Shown here: in pieces, positions 20,803 through 31,681 of the stretch
Layout: each line of letters opens with the position of its first letter
How positions within the stretch are numbered: position 1 is the stretch's first letter
Origin: Bacteroidia bacterium
Lineage (GTDB): Bacteria > Bacteroidota > Bacteroidia > Bacteroidales > VadinHA17
DNA length: 64,000 nucleotides
Direction of reading: 5' to 3'
NCBI GenBank assembly: GCA_026391215.1
Contig: JAPLDX010000090.1
Span: forward strand, 1-64,000
The notes under the pieces: model-generated
Told to the model about the DNA's origin: nothing
Seen by the model: only the letters and a program-made list of their open reading frames with translations
The model's database searches: none
Translations under genes and position numbers: made by a program

Positions 20803-22152
20803 TTAACTAAGGTACATATTTATCAGCTGCTCGTAAAGCTCCTGTTTCCCGCTTATGGTTTTGGGTTCACCACTTTTTGCAGCCAGATCTCTCAGCTGTT
20901 TCAGGGTAAGCTTGCCATTTTCAAAATCTTTGCCTGGACCTTTATCGAATGAAGCATATCTCTTTTTTCTCATCTTGAGGTAATCGCTCTCCTTTAGCAC
21001 TTTATCTGCTATCAGCAGAGCCCTTGCGAAGGTATCCATTCCGCTTATATGGGCAATGAATAGATCTTCAAAATCGGTCGAGTTCCTTCTGATATGAGCA
21101 TCAAAATTTATTCCGCCGGTTTTGAATCCGCCTGCCCTTAGTATTACCATCATTGCCTCTGTAACCTCAAAGATATTTGTCGGGAATTCATCGGTATCCC
21201 AGCCGTTCTGGTAATCACCCTTGTTGGCATCTATGCTCCCAAGCAATCCTGCATCTGCAGCAACCTGTATATCATGAGCGAAAGAGTGCCCTGCAAGTGT
21301 TGCATGATTAACTTCCACATTAAGCTTGAAATCCTTGTCAAGTCCGTAATGACGAAGGAATCCTATTACAGTAGCGGCATCATAATCATATTGATGCTTT
21401 GATGGTTCCATAGGTTTCGGTTCAATGAGGAAGGTCCCCCTGAAGCCATTCTTACGTCCGTAATCTCTAGCCAGGGTAAGCATCATTCCCATATGGTCAA
21501 GCTCGCGTTTCATATCCGTATTATGAAGGCTCATATATCCTTCCCTCCCGCCCCAGAAAACGTAATTTTCGCCTCCCAGTGCTACTGTTGCATCTATGGC
21601 ATTTTTAAGCTGTGCTGCTGCATTGGTAACAACAGCAAAATCGGGATTTGTGGCTGCACCGTTCATATAACGTGGATTTCCAAAAAGATTGGCTGTTCCC
21701 CAGAGCAGCTTGACTCCGGTTTGCTGCTGCAGCTTCTTCATCACCGGCACAAATTTCTCAAGTCTTTTTTCTATATCAAGAACTGAACCATCCCCTCCTA
21801 CTACATCAACATCATGAAAACAATAATATGGAGCACCTATTTTGGTTATGAATTCAAATGCAGCATCCAGCCTGTGTTTTACCTTTTCATCAATCGGCAG
21901 GTTGTTCCATTGATAAATATGGGTTGGGTCTCCGAACTGATCTTTCCCGTCACCGCAGAAAGAGTGCCAGAAAGCTATTGCAAAACGAAGGTGATCCTTC
22001 ATTTTCCTGCCTGAAACTACCTGGTCGGGATTATACCACCTGAAAGCCAGGGGATTCTTTGAATTTTTTCCTTCGTACCTGATCTTCCCTATTCCCGGAT
22101 AGTATTCTTTTTTTCCTTTGTAGATCATATCATTAGTTTTATGGTTTGACAT
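20803..22152 (-). CDS. xylA: Xylose isomerase (class II)
   Basis: [54 protein letters not shown] motifs. Confidence 0.97.
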   Translation of the reverse strand: MSNHKTNDMIYKGKKEYYPGIGKIRYEGKNSKNPLAFRWYNPDQVVSGRKMKDHLRFAIAFWHSFCGDGKDQFGDPTHIYQWNNLPIDEKVKHRLDAAFEFITKIGAPYYCFHDVDVVGGDGSVLDIEKRLEKFVPVMKKLQQQTGVKLLWGTANLFGNPRYMNGAATNPDFAVVTNAAAQLKNAIDATVALGGENYVFWGGREGYMSLHNTDMKRELDHMGMMLTLARDYGRKNGFRGTFLIEPKPMEPSKHQYDYDAATVIGFLRHYGLDKDFKLNVEVNHATLAGHSFAHDIQVAADAGLLGSIDANKGDYQNGWDTDEFPTNIFEVTEAMMVILRAGGFKTGGINFDAHIRRNSTDFEDLFIAHISGMDTFARALLIADKVLKESDYLKMRKKRYASFDKGPGKDFENGKLTLKQLRDLAAKSGEPKTISGKQELYEQLINMYLS

Positions 22153-22184
22153 TATAACTTCCTAAGTTAAAAATTTTTGTGCTC

Positions 22185-23669
22185 TTAGTTCTCAACTTCT
22201 TTTAGATAATTCAACCAGATTGAGTAAGCTTTCTGGTAGGCTTCAGCTTTTGATTTGTCAGGTGTTGTAACTCCAACCTCCTTTAAGCCGGCAAATGCTT
22301 CTTTGACAGACTTATAGTATCCGCACCCTATACCGGCACCCCTTGCTGCGCCAAGCGAGCCCTCAGTATTGTACAGGTGTATTTCAGTGCCTGTAATGCA
22401 CGACAATGCCTCCCTGAAGATCCTGCTCTGGAACATGTTTGCTGCCCCGGCCCTGATCACTGAAGGTACTATTCCGGTTTCATTCATTATATCAAGTCCA
22501 TATCTGATTGAAAAAACAATGCCTTCCTGTGCTGCCCTGAATAAATGTGCATTCGTGTGGGTATTGAAATTCAATCCTGATATTCTTGCACCAACATCAC
22601 GGTTTCCCAGCATTCTTTCAGCACCATTGCCAAAAGGCAAAATGCTGAGCCTTTCAGAACCCGGAGATACTTTTTCGGCCAGATGATTCATTTCATCATA
22701 GCTCATATTATTTCCGGTATTCCTTCTCAGCCATGAATTTAAAATGCCGGTTCCGCTGATGCATAATAAAACCCCAAGGCGTGGGTTGGCTGATTCGTGG
22801 TTAACATGAAGGAAACTGTTGACCCTGGAAAGAGGTTCATGTTTTTTCTGGTCTGTAACACCATAAATCACTCCTGATGTTCCTGCAGTAGCTGCAACTT
22901 CTCCGGGTTCCATCACGTTCAGTGATAAAGCATTGTTTGGCTGATCACCTGCCCGGTATGAAACCGGGATTGCCACAGGCAGTCCAAGCTCAGAGGCAAC
23001 GGTTTTCAATAGTTTCCCCTGGATTGAAAATGATGGTACTGCAGTGGCAAGGATATTATTATCAAAGCCAAAGAAATCTATCAGTTCCTTTGAAACACCT
23101 TCTTTCTTAAAATCCCAGAAAATGCCTTCCGAAAGGCCTGAGAAGGTTGTCAATAGTTCTCCTGTAAGCCTTAAGGCAAAATAATCGCCGGGGAGCATAA
23201 TCTTATAGATCTTTGCATAGAGTTCAGGTTCATTCTCCTTTACCCACGCCAGCTTGGTGGCGGTAAAATTTCCCGGAGAATTCAGAAGATGAGAAAGACA
23301 AAAATCCTTTCCAATCCCTGCAAATGCTTTCTCTCCGTAAGTTACCGCTCTTCCGTCGCACCATATTATTGAGGGACGAAGAACCTTAAGATCTTTATCA
23401 ATGGTAACAAGCCCGTGCATCTGGTATGAAATTCCGATTGCACCAATTTCTTTTTTCTTTGCTCCAAGCTGATTATTACAATCAGCTATTGAAGATTTGA
23501 GGTTTGTCCACCAGTTTTCCGGATCCTGTTCAGCCCAGCCTGGTTTCCTTGAGATGAACTTCATCTCATCTTTCGGGTAAAATGCTGAAGCGAGACATTT
23601 ACCTGTTTCTCCGTCAATTACCGAAGCTTTAACTGAGGAGCTTCCCAGATCAATTCCAAGCAATAGCAT
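22185..23669 (-). CDS. xylB: Xylulokinase (FGGY family)
   Basis: GIDLGSSSVK, GISYQMHGLV, IIWCDGR, RAGDQPNNA, AGTSGV; adjacent to xylA. Confidence 0.93.
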   Translation of the reverse strand: MLLLGIDLGSSSVKASVIDGETGKCLASAFYPKDEMKFISRKPGWAEQDPENWWTNLKSSIADCNNQLGAKKKEIGAIGISYQMHGLVTIDKDLKVLRPSIIWCDGRAVTYGEKAFAGIGKDFCLSHLLNSPGNFTATKLAWVKENEPELYAKIYKIMLPGDYFALRLTGELLTTFSGLSEGIFWDFKKEGVSKELIDFFGFDNNILATAVPSFSIQGKLLKTVASELGLPVAIPVSYRAGDQPNNALSLNVMEPGEVAATAGTSGVIYGVTDQKKHEPLSRVNSFLHVNHESANPRLGVLLCISGTGILNSWLRRNTGNNMSYDEMNHLAEKVSPGSERLSILPFGNGAERMLGNRDVGARISGLNFNTHTNAHLFRAAQEGIVFSIRYGLDIMNETGIVPSVIRAGAANMFQSRIFREALSCITGTEIHLYNTEGSLGAARGAGIGCGYYKSVKEAFAGLKEVGVTTPDKSKAEAYQKAYSIWLNYLKEVEN

Positions 23670-23694
23670 ATTATGAGTTTTTTGTTCTTCCTAA

Positions 23695-24723
23695 TTATTT
23701 ATTCCGCAGAGAGGATCCCCTAATAATAAGCTTATGGTTTAAAACGATAGTACTTAAATTAGAGGTTCCTGTATTTTTAAGTTTATTTATTAATGAAGTG
23801 GCTGCTATCTCTCCCATGTCGATTGCAGGATAGTCGATTGTGGTAAGATTTGGTTTAACAACCTTGCTGACAGGTTCATTGTTAAATCCGGCAATGGCAA
23901 TTTCTTCGGGCACTTTTACACCTAGCTTTTGCAATTCACAGATTGCTGCAACAGCTGTTGCATCGTTAGCTGCGAATATCCCGTCAGGCCGGTTTTTCAT
24001 TTTCATTAATTTGTGTACTGAACTGATTCCTGCTTCGTCACTAAGCTCGCTGATAATCAGCACATCCTGATCATATTTAATACCATTATCAGTAAGTGCC
24101 TGCTTGTAGCCTTTGAACCGTTCTGAATATACGTTTCGAAGAAGATTCCCACCAAGATGTGCTATCCGCATACATCCCTGTTCTATGAGATGTGATGTTG
24201 CTTCGTATCCGGCTTTGAAATTATCTATAATAACACTCATACAACCATGACAATCTGCTACACGGTCGAAGAAAACCACAGGTATGTTCTTGTTGAAAAG
24301 AATATTAAAATGATTCATATTCTTTGTATCGTAGGCGAGAGAGACTATCATTCCATCCACCCTGCTGTTAAAAAGGGTGGAGATACATGTCATTTCCTGT
24401 TTGCCTGATTCCTGTGACTGACTTATCAGCAAGCCATAACCATGCATATTGGTGATTTTTTCTATCCCAGCGATAACTGTAGCCTGGAAATAACTATTTA
24501 GTTTGGGTACCACTACTCCAATTGTATCAGTTCTCTGTTTTCTCAGGCTGCTGGCAAACTTGTTTCGCTGATATCCCATTTCACTTGCTAAAGCCTTTAT
24601 TTTTTCCCTGGTTTCCTTCTTGATATGAGGATGATCCTTAAGACCCCTGCTGACAGTTGAAGGAGATATCTGTAATGCTCTGGCAACATCATAGATGGTA
24701 ATTTCCTTGTTACCTTTCGTCAT
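23695..24723 (-). CDS. LacI family transcriptional regulator
   Basis: ITIYDVARALQISPSTVSRGL HTH; periplasmic-binding-fold effector domain (VFFDR, GFNN, PNLTTI). Confidence 0.95.
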   Translation of the reverse strand: MTKGNKEITIYDVARALQISPSTVSRGLKDHPHIKKETREKIKALASEMGYQRNKFASSLRKQRTDTIGVVVPKLNSYFQATVIAGIEKITNMHGYGLLISQSQESGKQEMTCISTLFNSRVDGMIVSLAYDTKNMNHFNILFNKNIPVVFFDRVADCHGCMSVIIDNFKAGYEATSHLIEQGCMRIAHLGGNLLRNVYSERFKGYKQALTDNGIKYDQDVLIISELSDEAGISSVHKLMKMKNRPDGIFAANDATAVAAICELQKLGVKVPEEIAIAGFNNEPVSKVVKPNLTTIDYPAIDMGEIAATSLINKLKNTGTSNLSTIVLNHKLIIRGSSLRNK

Positions 24724-24790
24724 TTTATTTGCATTAGTATTACAAAAATAGCATAATCATGTTTATTATGAAATAAAGTTAAATAAATCT

Positions 24791-24824
24791 GCAATCGGTT
24801 GCGAATTTTTATTCAACCGATTGC
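24791..24824. promoter_or_regulatory. Tandem LacI-type operators
   Basis: GCAATCGGTTGC (24791-24802) and inverted copy TCAACCGATTGC (24813-24824); central CG palindrome typical of LacI sites, in the divergent promoter region. Confidence 0.8.
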
Positions 24825-24930
24825 ATTCTTTGTAACTTTTTATTATTTTTATAGGTTATTATTTACTTGTTTACTATTTAAACCGATTAAAAACAGATGT
24901 ACAGGGGATAAATTTTATATTCCATTACAG

Positions 24931-25116
24931 ATGGCAGTTAATTTTATTCAAAAGTGCTTAATAGTCACAGTACTGGCCTCCCCGTGCTTTTTATTCTCAA
25001 AAATATGGATGGTAGATCCGGGTGTTGTTATTCAAAAGATAATTGTCAATACCGGGGGCTTAAAGCCCAGTTACCTGGGACTCCCTGAGAGCTTTTATAA
25101 ACCCGTTATAAATTAA
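24931..25116 (+). pseudogene. GH115 alpha-(4-O-methyl)-glucuronidase remnant: signal peptide fused in frame to the extreme C-terminus
   Basis: MAVNFIQKCLIVTVLASPCFLFS followed directly by KIWMVDPGVVIQKIIVNTGGLKPSYLGLPES, which matches the recalled GH115 C-terminal motif (WMVDPGVVxQKIVxxxGGxKPSYLGPPES). Confidence 0.75.
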
Positions 25117-25145
25117 ATTCATTAACCAGTTAAAACTTCAAGATT

Positions 25146-26405
25146 ATGTATCCAAAACCCTGCCTGAAAATTCTGTTAACAGCTGTTTTGACAGTTTTTG
25201 TACTTAACGGTTATTCGCAAAAGATCGCATCACTGGAAGTTGAACTTCCAGGGACTACAAATGGAGTGGATGTTCCTGTATCTGTAAATCTTGACGAGAT
25301 AACATATCTTTCAGATAGTTTGCTAACCCTGATTGAGGTAAAAGGCAAATCCAGGATTTCTGTACCTTTCCAGATCGAGTCCGGAAATCCGAGAAAACTA
25401 TATTGGATCATAACAACAGAAACAGGTTCATCCGTTAAACATCTTTTTGAACTTGTAAAGGGCAAGGCAAATCAGAAAGCTGAAGTGACAGCGACTGCAA
25501 AAGGTGGAACTCTTGTTATTCATAAAGGAGATCAGAATTTTCTGCAGTACTATTATAAGACAGTCTATCCGCCTCATGGAGTGGATACTGCATATAAAAG
25601 AAGCGGTTTCATTCATCCGCTGTGGTCTCCTCAAGGTCAGGTTCTTACACGAATTCAGCCGCCTGATCATCTTCATCATTACGGTATATGGAATCCATGG
25701 ACTCATGTTCAGTATGAAGGAGATACGATTGATTTTTGGAATATAAACTCCAAACAGGGGACAGTCCGCTTTTCAAAATTCGTTTCTGTTGAGAACGGAT
25801 CTGTATTTTCCGAATTTGCGGTACTCCATGAACATGTGGTTTACAAAAAAGGTGGAGGAGAAAAGGTTGCGATGAACGAGCTTCAAAGCGTACGGGTCTA
25901 TCCTTTACGGGCAAATAAGGATTATTTCATTGTTGATTTCACTATTCAGCTTAATTGTGCTGACGAAAGTCCGGTCAAACTACTTGAATACAGGTATGCG
26001 GGACTGGGATGGAGGACCACCGAGAAATGGGATAAGAACAACAGCATGGTACTGACATCAGAAGGTAAAACAAGAAAAGACGCTGATGGCAGTAAAGCAC
26101 GCTGGTGCATTGTCCAGGGGGAAATTGATAATGCTTATGCGGGAGTGGTAATGATGTCGTTCCCGACCAACTATAATTTCCCTGAACCATTAAGAATATG
26201 GCCGGAGAACCAGTATAACCGCGGAGATATGTTTGCAAATTTCTGTCCTACAAAAGATATGGACTGGTTGTTATTACCAGGACATAACTATGTGCTTAAA
26301 TACAGGTTCCTTGTTTTTAACGGAAAAGTTGAAAAAGAAAAAGCTGAGAGCGCCTGGTCCTGTTATGCAAATCCGCCAAAAGTGGTTGTAAAAACCGTTA
26401 AATAA
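25146..26405 (+). CDS. DUF6807 / 'PmoA-family' secreted protein with N-terminal extension
   Basis: RSGFIHPLWSPQGQVLT, DHLHHYGIW, YRYAGLGWR, SEGKTRKDADG..ARW motifs; signal peptide. Confidence 0.78.
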   Translation: MYPKPCLKILLTAVLTVFVLNGYSQKIASLEVELPGTTNGVDVPVSVNLDEITYLSDSLLTLIEVKGKSRISVPFQIESGNPRKLYWIITTETGSSVKHLFELVKGKANQKAEVTATAKGGTLVIHKGDQNFLQYYYKTVYPPHGVDTAYKRSGFIHPLWSPQGQVLTRIQPPDHLHHYGIWNPWTHVQYEGDTIDFWNINSKQGTVRFSKFVSVENGSVFSEFAVLHEHVVYKKGGGEKVAMNELQSVRVYPLRANKDYFIVDFTIQLNCADESPVKLLEYRYAGLGWRTTEKWDKNNSMVLTSEGKTRKDADGSKARWCIVQGEIDNAYAGVVMMSFPTNYNFPEPLRIWPENQYNRGDMFANFCPTKDMDWLLLPGHNYVLKYRFLVFNGKVEKEKAESAWSCYANPPKVVVKTVK

Positions 26406-26438
26406 TTAAGAAATATTGTTTCTGCGTAAAAAATTATG

Positions 26439-26478
26439 GCAATCGGTTGCGCTATTCTATTTTTATGTTATAAATTTG
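26439..26478 (+). promoter_or_regulatory. LacI-type operator plus Bacteroidota -7 promoter element of susC
   Basis: GCAATCGGTTGC at 26439-26450, identical to the 24791 site; TAAATTTG at 26471-26478. Confidence 0.8.
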
Positions 26479-26555
26479 AGTGATTGCCATGTGTTTAAAT
26501 GAAGAAACATTTAGTTAACCAAATATTTTTTATATCTACCCTTTAATCTAACTCT

Positions 26556-29500
26556 ATGAAAAAAATCTTACTGATGCTAATTGTGCTGGCCGGATTTTCA
26601 GTCAGTCTGGTTGCACAAAAAGTCGTTACGGGTAAAGTAACGGACGAAAACCAGGCACCCCTTGCAGGAGTGTCTGTAATGGTAAAAGGTACGACTGTTG
26701 GTACTCTGACAAATGTTGAGGGTACATTCAGCTTATCAATTCCGGAAAACGCCAAGATTCTCTCCTTTTCCTTCATCGGAATGAAGTCCAATGATCTTGA
26801 AATAGGCGATCAGACAACTGTTAATGTCGTGATGTCTATTGATGTTGGCTTACTGGAAGAAGTTATTGTAATTGGATACGGTACTGTAAAGAAAAAGGAC
26901 CTTACCGGAGCTGTCACAAGGATAAATGCTGAAGAACTTAAGACAGAAGCCACTTCAAACATGACTTCCATTTTACGAGGATCTATACCCGGATTAAATG
27001 TTAGTATGAACACCACTGCCAAAGGATTAAGCAGTCCCAGAGACATGATGATCAGGGGAGAAACTTCTTTAAGGGCAGTGGATGCGAATGGGACCGATCA
27101 ACCTCAGAGAGATGCCAATGCACCATTGATTGTTGTTGACGGAATGATATATTATGGCGACCTTGCTGATATTAATCCTCAGGATATCGAATCGTTTGAT
27201 GTCCTGAAGGATGCCTCTTCTGCAGCAATATATGGCGCTAGGGCTTCAAACGGAGTGGTAATTATTACTACCAAGAAAGGCTCAAAAGGGAAACCTGTAA
27301 TTAATATCAATACGAGTACAGGTATGGCTTATGCTTCTCCGGCCAGTCTTGACCTTATGAACGGCGAACAATTCATCGCCAGGAGGATTGCAGGTTATGA
27401 AGCTAACGAACGTCGTCAGACCACAATTGGTGCCGGTTATTATACAAAATATGACAACCTTCCATCCGGTGTAACCCTTGACCAGTGGAAAGCTTATGAT
27501 GGTTCTGCTGCGGCAACTGATCTGGATGCAATCTGGCTGAACCGTATCGGCTTTGCCCCTATTGAGGTTGTAAATTATGAGGCAGGAAACGAAATGGATT
27601 ATACCAAGTATATGCGGCAAAAAGGATTGACGCAGGATTATACTATGAGTGTATCGAACGCTACCGATGCCGTATCTTATTATTTTTCGCTTGGATATAC
27701 AAACAACGAAGGTATAAGGTACAATGAAAGTTTCAATACCTACCGTTCGCGTATCAATCTTGAAACAACCATCACCAGCTGGCTGAAAGTGGGAACCAAT
27801 ACGCAGATTGCATTAAGGGATGAAAGTCCTATTGTTGTTGGTCGCAGCTTTTATGTCACCCCTTATTCATCAATGTATGAAGCTGACGGGACTACCCTCT
27901 TGTTTGCACCCTCGGGTTATATAAATGCTCCCAACCCGTTGCTTGAACTGGAGTACCATGACCAGTTCATTAAATACAATACCCTGAACAGTAAATTGTA
28001 TGCAACGCTTTCCTTGCCTTTTGGTTTCTCATTTACTTCCGAATTTATCCCCAGGTTTAACTGGAACAGGGATTATCAATCATTTTCCTCCGGACATGCA
28101 CTCTGGCTACCTCAGGGTGGAAGAGCCTCAAGGCAAAATACCACAATTTTTGAGTGGCAGGTAAACAATATGCTTAAATGGAACAAAACTTTCGATATCC
28201 ATGCATTTGATGTCACCCTTGTGCAGACTGCAGAGAAATATCAGTACTGGAGAGACTACATGTACAGACAACGGTTTCTGCCAAGCGATGTTCTTGGTTA
28301 CCACAGGATGCAGGCAGCAGCAGAAGACCTTGAAATATCAAGCAATGACGAAGTAAGCACCGGAGACGCTTTGCTGGCACGTGTTAACTATACGATGGCA
28401 GAGAAGTATAATCTTACTGCTTCATTTCGTCGTGATGGCTATTCAGCTTTTGGCCAAAGTAATCCCAGGGCCAGCTTCTGGTCAGTAGCCGGAGGATGGA
28501 CTATCAGCAAAGAAAACTTTTTCACTGTTACATGGGTTGACCAGTTGAAACTCAGACTTTCATACGGGACCAATGGCAACCGCGGAGTCGGTATTTATGA
28601 TGCACTTTCCAATTTGAATACCGGGAAGTTCGTTTTAATTTCTGGTACCACTCCTTCATATGTATCACAGCTTTACACAAGCCGTATGGCAAATCCCAAC
28701 CTGAAATGGGAACGTACAAGTGCGTATAATATAGGACTTGATTTCGCAATCTTTAAAGGAAGATTGACAGGCAATATTGAGGGATATTATATGATAACCA
28801 AAGACTTGCTCATACCACGGCAATTACCCAATATTACCGGTTATGCAAGTGTGATGTCTAATATGGGACAGGTTGATAACAAGGGTATTGAAATATCTTT
28901 AAATTCAGTTAATATAAGTACTCAGGACCTGACATGGTCAACTGATTTTTCACTGGCTCATAACAGGAATAAGATAGTGCATCTTTTTGGTGACTATAGT
29001 ACGGATCCCATCACAGGAGAGACCAAAGAGGTCGATGATATTACGAACCAGTGGTTTATCGGTCATGCTGTTGATCAGATATGGGATTACAAAATTCTTG
29101 GCATCTGGCAGACGGATGAAGCAGCTGAAGCTACAACGTATTCAAGAAATCCGGGCGATTATAAGCTGGAGGATGTTAACGGTGATGGGTATTATACTGA
29201 CGCTGACAAGTCATTCCAGGGTTACAAAAGACCTATAGTCAGATTGACCCTCAGAAACACGGTTCAGTATAAAGACTTTGAACTTTCTGTTAAAATGTAT
29301 TCCTATCTCGGACATTTTAAAGACGACTACTGGTTAAGGAACAATGAAGCTTTCTATGACAGGTCGACTTTTTATAATGTTCCTTACTGGACACCTGATA
29401 ATCCAGGGAATAAATGGGCCAGGATTGATAGTTATGAAACCGGATTCAGCGTATGGGAAAACAATTCATTCGTAAGGATCGATAACGTTTCACTGTCCTA

Positions 29501-29666
29501 TAATGTACCCCAAAGCTTCCTGAACAAACTTAAGATAGTTGCCTGCAGGTTATCGATTGTATCGGAGAATCCTTTAGTCTGGGCTCCGGGCTGGTCATGG
29601 ATGGATCCTGAGGAAGATGAATACATACCCTCCTATTTATCATTTAAACTGAATATAACACTTTAA
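26556..29666 (+). CDS. susC: SusC/RagA TonB-dependent transporter
   Basis: LEEVIVIGYG, PLIVVDG, DIESFDVLKDASSAAIYGARASNGVVIITTKKG, NPNLKWERT motifs. Confidence 0.96.
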   Translation: MKKILLMLIVLAGFSVSLVAQKVVTGKVTDENQAPLAGVSVMVKGTTVGTLTNVEGTFSLSIPENAKILSFSFIGMKSNDLEIGDQTTVNVVMSIDVGLLEEVIVIGYGTVKKKDLTGAVTRINAEELKTEATSNMTSILRGSIPGLNVSMNTTAKGLSSPRDMMIRGETSLRAVDANGTDQPQRDANAPLIVVDGMIYYGDLADINPQDIESFDVLKDASSAAIYGARASNGVVIITTKKGSKGKPVININTSTGMAYASPASLDLMNGEQFIARRIAGYEANERRQTTIGAGYYTKYDNLPSGVTLDQWKAYDGSAAATDLDAIWLNRIGFAPIEVVNYEAGNEMDYTKYMRQKGLTQDYTMSVSNATDAVSYYFSLGYTNNEGIRYNESFNTYRSRINLETTITSWLKVGTNTQIALRDESPIVVGRSFYVTPYSSMYEADGTTLLFAPSGYINAPNPLLELEYHDQFIKYNTLNSKLYATLSLPFGFSFTSEFIPRFNWNRDYQSFSSGHALWLPQGGRASRQNTTIFEWQVNNMLKWNKTFDIHAFDVTLVQTAEKYQYWRDYMYRQRFLPSDVLGYHRMQAAAEDLEISSNDEVSTGDALLARVNYTMAEKYNLTASFRRDGYSAFGQSNPRASFWSVAGGWTISKENFFTVTWVDQLKLRLSYGTNGNRGVGIYDALSNLNTGKFVLISGTTPSYVSQLYTSRMANPNLKWERTSAYNIGLDFAIFKGRLTGNIEGYYMITKDLLIPRQLPNITGYASVMSNMGQVDNKGIEISLNSVNISTQDLTWSTDFSLAHNRNKIVHLFGDYSTDPITGETKEVDDITNQWFIGHAVDQIWDYKILGIWQTDEAAEATTYSRNPGDYKLEDVNGDGYYTDADKSFQGYKRPIVRLTLRNTVQYKDFELSVKMYSYLGHFKDDYWLRNNEAFYDRSTFYNVPYWTPDNPGNKWARIDSYETGFSVWENNSFVRIDNVSLSYNVPQSFLNKLKIVACRLSIVSENPLVWAPGWSWMDPEEDEYIPSYLSFKLNITL

Positions 29667-29677
29667 TAATAAATGAT

Positions 29678-31564
29678 ATGAAAAAGTTTAAGATAATCTC
29701 AATTTTAATAGTGATGATGGTTTTTATCGGCATTCGCTGCTCAGAGGATTTTCTTACTCCAAAACCATTATCTTTTTATGCACCTGAAAACACATTTGTT
29801 GATGCAAATGGGTTAAATGCTGCCCTGATCGCCTGCCTGCGCAATGCACGGCACGAAATGTATGGAGATACACCTCCGTTCATTTCTGAAGGGATATTTT
29901 CCGACATTGCCGTTGAAGGTACTACAGATAAAACCGGAGTGCATATGGATATGCCGGCTCAAATACTTCCAAATGAGAATATGGATTACTCGGACAGGAC
30001 CAAGCTGGGCAGATACTGGACTGAAGCATATAACAGGATTAAATATGCCAATGTTGTTATAAACAGAATTGACGTTGCAAAATGGAAAAGTGAAGCTGAG
30101 CGGAATAATGTTCTTGGCAAGGCATACTTTCACAGAGCCAACGTTTACTATAGGCTTGTGAACCAGTACGGAGATGTGCCGTTTATCCTGACTGAGATAA
30201 TGGAACCCAAACTTGATTTCTACACATGCACACGTGAGAGTATCCTCAGGAAAATAAAGAAAGATCTGGAATTTGCCGCACTATGGGTTTATACCGATGC
30301 GCAGGGGTGTCCGATCGGGGATATCAACAATGCTGCTGTAAATCACTTGCTTACAAAAGTAAATCTTTCGCTTGGGGAATTTGATGATGCCATTGCTTCA
30401 GCCAATGCCGTTATAAACGATGGCGTCCACTCATTGATGACCACCAGATTTGGATCTTACAAGGATGATCCCACACATGATGTTATCTGGGACCTTCACC
30501 AGGAAGAAAATAAAGCCCTCGCTGAAAATAAGGAAAGGATCTGGCTTTTTGTCTGCAGTGAGACATTAACCGAAGACGGCGCCAGTGAAAAACTTACTGT
30601 TATGAGGCAGGCTGTACCATACTGGGGAGGTGCCGGTAAAAATAAAACTCCGACTGGTCAGACAGGTACCACTGATCAGCCTTTGGGTGCAAAAGTAGGA
30701 GGTAAAGCTGTTGAGATAGACCTTGTTGCAAAATACGGAAGGGGGATTGGTCGTTTCCGCCCGTCACCTTATTCTCAGTTTGATGTATGGGATGATCCTA
30801 ATGACAAACGACACCTGTATCCAAACTGGATAACAATGGAAAACCTGGTTTATAATAACCCGGTTTTGAAATCGCTTGGTGATCCATACTATAATAAACC
30901 TCTTCAGAAATATGATGCTACGGGGGGTATTTTATGCACCGATACCATTAGGTCATGGTACAACTGGCCGCATTATAAACTATTTGTTATTGACCCGACC
31001 AACCCAATGCCCCAGGGTGGAAATGGCGACTGGTATGCCTTCCGCCTGGCTGAAACCTATTTGTTAAGGGCTGAGGCTTATTGCTGGAAAGGTGATCTTA
31101 CAAATGCTGCTGCCGATGTTAATAAGGTCAGGAACAGGGCAGGTTGTGCTTCTTATACTCCTGCCCAGATAAACATAGGTACTATCCTCGATGAACGTAA
31201 TCGTGAATTGTACTATGAAGAGCCACGTAAGACCGAACTCACCCGTATTGCATATATATATGCGATGACCGGGATAACATGCTATAATGGGAAAACCTAT
31301 AGCCTGGCTAATTTCTCGACCGACAACTTCTGGTATGACAGGATAATTGAAAAGAACAAATTCTACCGGGACCAGGTCAAGGCTCCTTTCTATAATTACA
31401 GAATAGCTGAGTGGATCGTCCTCTGGCCTGTTCCAACAGCTGCCATAAGTGCAAACAGCCTCGGACATATCAATCAGAATCTGGGTTATCCCGGAGCTGA
31501 AACCAACATTACACCAATGAAATGGGTTGATGGCGCGGGTGAAGGATCAATTGTAGCTCAGTAA
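29678..31564 (+). CDS. susD: SusD/RagB outer-membrane glycan-binding lipoprotein
   Basis: Lipoprotein signal (IRC-SEDFL), AYFHRA..Y..LV..YGDVP, FRLAETYLLRAEA, ILDERNRELYYE, QNLGY. Confidence 0.95.
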   Translation: MKKFKIISILIVMMVFIGIRCSEDFLTPKPLSFYAPENTFVDANGLNAALIACLRNARHEMYGDTPPFISEGIFSDIAVEGTTDKTGVHMDMPAQILPNENMDYSDRTKLGRYWTEAYNRIKYANVVINRIDVAKWKSEAERNNVLGKAYFHRANVYYRLVNQYGDVPFILTEIMEPKLDFYTCTRESILRKIKKDLEFAALWVYTDAQGCPIGDINNAAVNHLLTKVNLSLGEFDDAIASANAVINDGVHSLMTTRFGSYKDDPTHDVIWDLHQEENKALAENKERIWLFVCSETLTEDGASEKLTVMRQAVPYWGGAGKNKTPTGQTGTTDQPLGAKVGGKAVEIDLVAKYGRGIGRFRPSPYSQFDVWDDPNDKRHLYPNWITMENLVYNNPVLKSLGDPYYNKPLQKYDATGGILCTDTIRSWYNWPHYKLFVIDPTNPMPQGGNGDWYAFRLAETYLLRAEAYCWKGDLTNAAADVNKVRNRAGCASYTPAQINIGTILDERNRELYYEEPRKTELTRIAYIYAMTGITCYNGKTYSLANFSTDNFWYDRIIEKNKFYRDQVKAPFYNYRIAEWIVLWPVPTAAISANSLGHINQNLGYPGAETNITPMKWVDGAGEGSIVAQ

Positions 31565-31583
31565 TTTGTTAAATATGTATAAT

Positions 31584-31628
31584 AGAGAAGCCTGCTTCAT
31601 ACGGAAGAGGCTTCTCTTCTTTTCCTTT
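31584..31628 (+). terminator. Rho-independent terminator/attenuator after susD
   Basis: AGAGAAGCCT...AGGCTTCTCT stem followed by a T-rich tract. Confidence 0.65.
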
Positions 31629-31681
31629 ATGTAATTTTATATCAGTTTTTATCACATTTTTAAATAAATCATCTGACAGAT

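Noticed and set aside
24799-24930. N-terminal part of the 105-aa ORF in the track
   Set aside because: It starts at a TTG inside the operator and runs through AT-rich promoter DNA; only 24931-25116 looks coding-derived.
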